Of a DNA stretch of 39,187 nucleotides, positions 34,428 through 39,187 are shown in pieces (the stretch's first letter is position 1; every line of letters starts with the position of its first letter). The notes below the pieces were generated by a model. That model saw only the letters and a list, made by a program, of their open reading frames with translations, was not told the origin of the DNA and did no database searches. This DNA is from a virus (lineage: Duplodnaviria; Caudoviricetes). The stretch covers positions 1-39,187 of IMG/VR virus record IMGVR_UViG_3300020045_011543. One strand, written 5' to 3'. Position numbers and translations under genes: made by a program.

Positions 34428-36167
34428 CTACCCCCTGACCCCCACCGAAAACGTACCGCTCGCCGCATCGTAAGTCCCGCTTTCGATCCGCATCCAACCG
34501 AGGCCTGTTCTAACCAGCAGGCTTTCGTCGTATGCCACAAAATCTTCCGCGCACACCGTGAAAGAAAACGGAACCTGTGTTTTCACTTTCGCCGCACTGT
34601 CAAACACTACGGGGTCGCCATCCCACGTTCCCGTTAGCCGGGGGCGGTTGTACGTGTGATACGTCCGCATCAAATTAGGAATAGACAAATGCCCATTCAG
34701 AAGCAATTCCCCTGTGAGTGCTGATGTATAAGAAGTAATATAGTATTCTCCGCCAGATTCACAGGCATTGACAAATACAAAGCCCGCATCGGCAAAAGAA
34801 TCGGGTAGCGCAATCAAGGAAGCTACATCGTTGTTTGTATCGGGTATAGCGTATTCTTTCTTTTGCCGGTCTTCGTTTCGGAAACAACTGTACATGTACG
34901 GGACGCCCTCGAAAACAGAGCGGGTCGTTTCCATGAACTTCCATTTTTCTTCACTGATCTGCTTATCCGAAGCATACCCGTACTTGTTCGTTCCGGTAAG
35001 CCGCGCGGGCTGCGTTGCCGTCAAGTCTTCGCCGTTCGCCTCTTCAAAATACGAAGTGTGTTCGATACGCAGGGTAGTCCCAGAAATGCGGAACTCAATT
35101 CCAAACTGCGCTTTCAAAGAACCAAGTAGATTCTCTATTGTCCACTTCCCGTTAGTGGCGTCGTTGGTCGCGCTTGCCCGCTTCACGTCGCTTTTCTGGA
35201 AAACAATCAGGTTGGTAAGGTTTGCCAGTGCGGAAGTGTACACGTCATTCACCGGGTGTGTAGCATCCCCGTCAATCGAAAAAAAGTCGGAAACCACGCT
35301 AAGCCCGCATGGCAAACAAACAGCGAAGATTTCAGAAAGCAGTACCCCGTTTGAAATGGCGATGCTATTGTAATTTTCCCCATCAAATTCAGCACCGCCC
35401 CGCACGTCTGCAATTGCTTGGTATAGGTACGAAACATTCGGGGGCTGCTCCGTCAGAAGGCCAACAGGCACAGCACGGGCATAAGTAGAATCAGTAGGGC
35501 AGTTATCATCTATCAATATCCAATCATCGCCGCATGGCTCCACGGGAACGCCGGCCAAACAGGTAGAGGTATAGATTTGCCGGATGTAGGTAGAACGGAC
35601 AATATCTAAGGGCGCATCGAAAGTTACGGCCTGTTCAATCAATGTCCACCCTTCGCCGGGCGTGATGCAGTCGGTGATCGGCACATCATAATCGGCAGGG
35701 TCAATACCAACTGCGCTATATTCGCAGGTGATCGTTTCGTATTCGCCTAAGATCGTGTTAACCGTCTCTTTTGCTGTCAGTGTCAAGATATTTATCTCCG
35801 CATCCCACGCCGCAAGGAAACAGGCGTAGGCATTCACGTCATCCCCCTGCACCGTAACCCGGCACCTATCCAAATCCCAATTGAACTGTGACGTTCCGAT
35901 TTTCAGCGTCTTGGAAAAGAACAGGACGGCATTATGGTAGATGTTCAAGGTAATTTCATTGCAGTCAGCGTCATCCTCCAACGCTTTCAGGTATGTATAA
36001 TCATCACCCCGGAACGTAAGCCCGGTTTTGAGCGACCGCAGGTAATACCCGAACTCTTCATCCCGCACCGTTTCAATTTGCAGGGTCGGGTTTGATCCGA
36101 ATACCGGGTCGCAGGGGGTCGGGGTGTCTACCCCATTGTCAAATTCGTAGGTGAAGCCTCGTAACAT
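34428..36167 (-). CDS. Probable virion tail (hub/muzzle-like) protein
   Basis: 579 aa, acidic and Cys-rich, with 'LTFRGDDY.YL' and 'LRIEH.SYF' segments; minus-strand TAACTTTA upstream. Confidence 0.6.
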   Translation of the reverse strand: MLRGFTYEFDNGVDTPTPCDPVFGSNPTLQIETVRDEEFGYYLRSLKTGLTFRGDDYTYLKALEDDADCNEITLNIYHNAVLFFSKTLKIGTSQFNWDLDRCRVTVQGDDVNAYACFLAAWDAEINILTLTAKETVNTILGEYETITCEYSAVGIDPADYDVPITDCITPGEGWTLIEQAVTFDAPLDIVRSTYIRQIYTSTCLAGVPVEPCGDDWILIDDNCPTDSTYARAVPVGLLTEQPPNVSYLYQAIADVRGGAEFDGENYNSIAISNGVLLSEIFAVCLPCGLSVVSDFFSIDGDATHPVNDVYTSALANLTNLIVFQKSDVKRASATNDATNGKWTIENLLGSLKAQFGIEFRISGTTLRIEHTSYFEEANGEDLTATQPARLTGTNKYGYASDKQISEEKWKFMETTRSVFEGVPYMYSCFRNEDRQKKEYAIPDTNNDVASLIALPDSFADAGFVFVNACESGGEYYITSYTSALTGELLLNGHLSIPNLMRTYHTYNRPRLTGTWDGDPVVFDSAAKVKTQVPFSFTVCAEDFVAYDESLLVRTGLGWMRIESGTYDAASGTFSVGVRG

Positions 36168-36172
36168 GGCGT

Positions 36173-36239
36173 TTTGTCGGTAAAGTTACGCGGTTTGTCG
36201 AAATTATGTTGCAGGTGTGCGGGGAAGGGGGTAACTTTG
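36173..36239 (+). promoter_or_regulatory. 21-bp-phased box promoter overlapping a divergent promoter
   Basis: TTTGTCG (36173-79), TTTGTCG (36194-200), TAACTTTG (36232-39); minus-strand TAACTTTA (36188-81) lies between the boxes. Confidence 0.65.
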
Positions 36240-36251
36240 AAAGAAAAAGAG

Positions 36252-36494
36252 ATGGCAAAAGCAACTGTGATAGATTACGCCGATCCGAGCGTCGGCATTA
36301 TGCAGCGTGATTATAGCGTTGACCTTCCGTTTGAATTTGACGAAATAGAAAACAACGAGCGTGATTTCTTCCGTCGTAAACTTAGTGAGTTGTATGGTCC
36401 ATTCGCAGAAGGCAAAATTGTAGTCCATTTTGAGGATGAACTTCAAAAGCTTGAAGACGAATACCGTAAAAACCTTGCCGCCGCCACAGAATGA
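36252..36494 (+). CDS. Hypothetical protein
   Basis: ATG at 36252 after promoter; 'DYADPSVGI'. Confidence 0.7.
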   Translation: MAKATVIDYADPSVGIMQRDYSVDLPFEFDEIENNERDFFRRKLSELYGPFAEGKIVVHFEDELQKLEDEYRKNLAAATE

Positions 36495-36742
36495 ACCAAC
36501 TTATCCGCTTTCCAGATCAGTCTGAATCTTTTGCTTATGGCGTTGAATACGGGCGCTTGCTTCAAAAGATGGAGCAAGGCGACGAAGTAGTTATGAACAA
36601 CGGCTTTCCGGTCAGGGTTGAAAATAAAGCCCTCATTGAAAACACTTGCCGGATTTTAGGGTACACCCCAGTTTTCGGGGAAACGCATTTTGATGAGTGG
36701 GTTGAATTTATTGGAATCAAAAAAAACTCATCAGAAAACTAA
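36491..36742 (+). CDS. Hypothetical protein
   Basis: ATGA overlap; 'SESFAYGVEYGRL'. Confidence 0.7.
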   Translation: MNQLIRFPDQSESFAYGVEYGRLLQKMEQGDEVVMNNGFPVRVENKALIENTCRILGYTPVFGETHFDEWVEFIGIKKNSSEN

Positions 36743-36773
36743 TCACGCCCACCGGGGCATAAAACAAAGTACA

Positions 36774-36932
36774 ATGCAAGAAGAAAAAGGAGTGACGCTC
36801 CACCCGCTATACAACGAAACGATGGCGCTACCGGATCAAATTAATGCCGTCCGGGTAACATGCCGATACTGTAATGGCGCTGGGTGTGGCATGCCAGACT
36901 GCGAGAACGGCACGGAGGTGTTACCATTTTAA
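36774..36932 (+). CDS. Small Zn-finger-like protein
   Basis: CRYCNGAGC...CENG. Confidence 0.55.
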   Translation: MQEEKGVTLHPLYNETMALPDQINAVRVTCRYCNGAGCGMPDCENGTEVLPF

Positions 36933-36955
36933 CGAACCAATCAAAAACGGGGCGG

Positions 36956-37189
36956 ATGTTCAACGCCAATAAATTCGGAATGCACCTCGCCCATGTCCGT
37001 AGGGGCAAAAGGATGTCGCTTCGAGAAGCAGCTAAACAAGTTGGCGTTTCCGCCGCATCTTTATCAAGGATCGAACGCGGGGAGAAACCAGACATTGATA
37101 CTTTTGTAAAAATATGTCAGTGGGCGGGGTGGACAAAGAAGTGTGATTTTTTCTTTGCTGAAAATCCTGCTGACCTTGATGCATTTTAG
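36956..37189 (+). CDS. XRE-family HTH regulator
   Basis: 'MSLREAAKQVGVSAASLSRIERGEKPDIDTFVKICQW'. Confidence 0.85.
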   Translation: MFNANKFGMHLAHVRRGKRMSLREAAKQVGVSAASLSRIERGEKPDIDTFVKICQWAGWTKKCDFFFAENPADLDAF

Positions 37190-37191
37190 CC

Positions 37192-38076
37192 CTACCTATA
37201 CCCATCAATAACAATCTTCCTTTCCCGCGCCCACAGTTCCGCAAATTCCTTGCTGATCCAGTTTAAATTGTGGGTGCAGTTATACCCGCCCAAAACCACC
37301 TTCACGTCCCCCGGCCTCTTGCCCTGCCAGTCCAGATTATTCCAGCTATCAATCACGGCGCGGGTATAGATTAGATTCAACCTTTCCATGCAAAACTCCC
37401 GGCTATCCCGAACCCGAACCCCGGCGTAAATGGCGTGGGTGTCCGTTCCTAATTCGGTAGCGTATTCCAGCGATAACGTCCGGTCAAATTCCATGTACAG
37501 GTCATGGGAGAAGCGGGTGAAGTGGCGCTTTGATACGCCCCCGTTCGGCTGCATGAAAAACTGCTCAAACTGCTTTTGGAATTGTTTGAGTGGCACCCGC
37601 CCTGCCACTGCTTGGCGCATGGCTTGGATGATCTGCCGGGAAGCGGGATTGGAGCGCAGGATTTGCGCAATGTACCCGTCCGGGGCTTGCTTGCCGTCCT
37701 GGAAGCCGTACAAGCTAAACATCTTTTCGGCAACACTCTTTTCCACCCCTTTCGGATCGGTAAAAATGGCTTGGTATTTCGTTCCCAGCCCGAACAGGCG
37801 AAGCATCCTGTTGTATATTTTGGACAGGATACTACGGTTTGCCTTCGCCGTTTCGGCTTGTAACAGCACGGTAGCCGCTGCGATCTTGGAAATGTTGCGC
37901 ACGGTGAACGTGATGCGCCCCCGGCTATCCGTGTCCAGGCCTGAAATAAGGCGCAGGGCTAAGGCAAACAAAACCCCGTCCAGGGCATCGAAAAGGAGTT
38001 GCAGGGCGTCGCCTGCTTGCTCGCGTTCGTCTTCGCGGGCTTCGGTTAAAAGGTCGTATTTTTCGAGTTCGTCCAT
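37192..38076 (-). CDS. Minor capsid/head morphogenesis protein (SPP1 gp7/minor capsid 2-like)
   Basis: C-terminal 'YAG...SREFC...GGYNCTH'; immediately downstream of the portal. Confidence 0.7.
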   Translation of the reverse strand: MDELEKYDLLTEAREDEREQAGDALQLLFDALDGVLFALALRLISGLDTDSRGRITFTVRNISKIAAATVLLQAETAKANRSILSKIYNRMLRLFGLGTKYQAIFTDPKGVEKSVAEKMFSLYGFQDGKQAPDGYIAQILRSNPASRQIIQAMRQAVAGRVPLKQFQKQFEQFFMQPNGGVSKRHFTRFSHDLYMEFDRTLSLEYATELGTDTHAIYAGVRVRDSREFCMERLNLIYTRAVIDSWNNLDWQGKRPGDVKVVLGGYNCTHNLNWISKEFAELWARERKIVIDGYR

Positions 38077-39187
38077 TAGATCGCCAGTGTTTCATTTGAA
38101 TCTGCGCTCCCGTCCACATACCTTGCCCTTGCCTGGTATATATCTACCCATTGGCTAATAATACTGCGCTGGCCTTCGCGGTCACGCTTATGGAACCGCC
38201 CGTCCTCCGCCTGCAATACCTCCCGCTGAATGGCATCGAAATTCTCCCACAGCACCCGGTCGGGGTCGTCAACGGCGCGCTGCGAAACAATGAACGCTGC
38301 ATCTTCCGGCGACTTCCCGGCAAACGGTTTCCATGCTTCGATGGCTTTTGCCTCGTCAAAGACGGCGGGGGTGTTTTCGTAGATGCGCCGCAAAATCTGA
38401 TCCCGCACATGATCCCGGATAGTGGTATCAAGCCCGGCGTCGCTTGCCGCTTTGTAGTTCTCCACCAATTCTGCGAAGCTTTGGAACTTCAAATCAGCCG
38501 GGTACTTGTATTCCACATCAATGGGTGTGTCCCAATGCCCGGCGGCGGCTGTCCAAATCATTTCGAGTACATCCTCAACACGCTTTACAAAAGTTACGAC
38601 CTTGTTATATTGTGCCTCAAAGTTCAGCACAAATTCGGTTGCTGTGTCTGGGCTGGCTGTCTTTCGCGGGGTGGTGTCCTGGTTGAAGATTGTCAGGTAG
38701 ATTGCGAATGAAAGGAGTTGCTCGCGGTTGTCGAAGCGCTCCAATACGTTCATTGGCCTGTCTGCATAATGCACGAACTTAGATAAGTCCAGCATTGCAT
38801 CCGTCGTTTCCGGCATTGGTAGCACCTTTGTCACCTGCTCGCTCACTGCCTTAATGTAGCCGTGTCCGTGACAGACGTGGCAGCAATTGGTATCATTGCG
38901 AATGCCGCCGTAATACCCGCGCTCGCAGTGCATTCCCTGTTCGTTCGTATGGTCGCAGCGCTTCGCGTATTCAAACCGCTCCGCGAAGGCGTGTTCTATT
39001 TCGGTCACGTCCGCCAAATTCCCCGTCTTAATCAGTTCGTGCAGTTGGGGAATAGCTTCGTTGTACAAAGTCACATAATACTCCATACTGTCTGCCATGT
39101 ACGCCCCCAGGCAGGCAGCGGGTAGGGTAACGGTGGTGTTGGGAAATTCCCTCACGTAGTACGTTTTTTCTTTTTTGTCTTGCGCCC
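38076..39187 (-). CDS. Probable portal protein, 5'-truncated at window end
   Basis: Frame is open to the edge (AQDKKEKTYYVREFPN...); 'TATE' motif, helical C-terminus, CHVCHGHG insert; upstream of the gp7-like gene. Confidence 0.65.
   Translation of the reverse strand, partial: AQDKKEKTYYVREFPNTTVTLPAACLGAYMADSMEYYVTLYNEAIPQLHELIKTGNLADVTEIEHAFAERFEYAKRCDHTNEQGMHCERGYYGGIRNDTNCCHVCHGHGYIKAVSEQVTKVLPMPETTDAMLDLSKFVHYADRPMNVLERFDNREQLLSFAIYLTIFNQDTTPRKTASPDTATEFVLNFEAQYNKVVTFVKRVEDVLEMIWTAAAGHWDTPIDVEYKYPADLKFQSFAELVENYKAASDAGLDTTIRDHVRDQILRRIYENTPAVFDEAKAIEAWKPFAGKSPEDAAFIVSQRAVDDPDRVLWENFDAIQREVLQAEDGRFHKRDREGQRSIISQWVDIYQARARYVDGSADSNETLAI

Larger units (their letters stand above)
1236..39187. 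mobile_element. Tailed dsDNA phage/prophage of a Bacteroidota host (near-complete)
   Basis: Terminase, portal-like, capsid-like, fibre, holin, ERF/YqaJ, initiator and DnaB genes; TAnnTTTG promoters; no SD sequences. Confidence 0.9.

Overview
Nearly the whole window (about 1,236-39,187) is one tailed dsDNA phage or prophage. Its host is probably a Bacteroidota species, inferred from TAnnTTTG (-7) promoters and A-rich translation starts with no Shine-Dalgarno sequence. From left to right it carries: scaffold, capsid, tail-like and fibre genes (several with Sec-type signal peptides); a secreted S8 protease next to a holin, with no recognisable endolysin; a leftward membrane coiled-coil + HTH module; ERF/YqaJ recombination genes; a lambda-like initiator with an internal origin, an MTase and DnaB; a tRNA-Asn/tRNA-Tyr locus inside a long structured non-coding region; a ParB-MTase, TerS and TerL; two more structural genes, a minor head protein and a portal truncated at the right edge. 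I recognised no integrase, tape measure or endolysin. The first ~1.22 kb is compositionally foreign (AT-rich, CpG-poor, Asp/Asn hydroxylase + pilot-like gene) and appears joined just after a leftward start codon. The most striking unannotated signals are: (1) a regulon of at least 7 promoters with TTnGTCG boxes phased exactly 21 bp apart and 34-35 bp before the -7 box (LytTR-like geometry), driving small accessory genes; (2) a multi-stem candidate ncRNA downstream of the tRNAs; (3) a structured, switch-like leader before the replication genes; (4) a ~80-nt promoter-to-terminator sRNA that is antisense to an ATG initiation region; (5) ACAGA/TCTGT arrays inside and upstream of a membrane coiled-coil gene. 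All calls are by eye from sequence and motifs; no database searches or folding computations were run.
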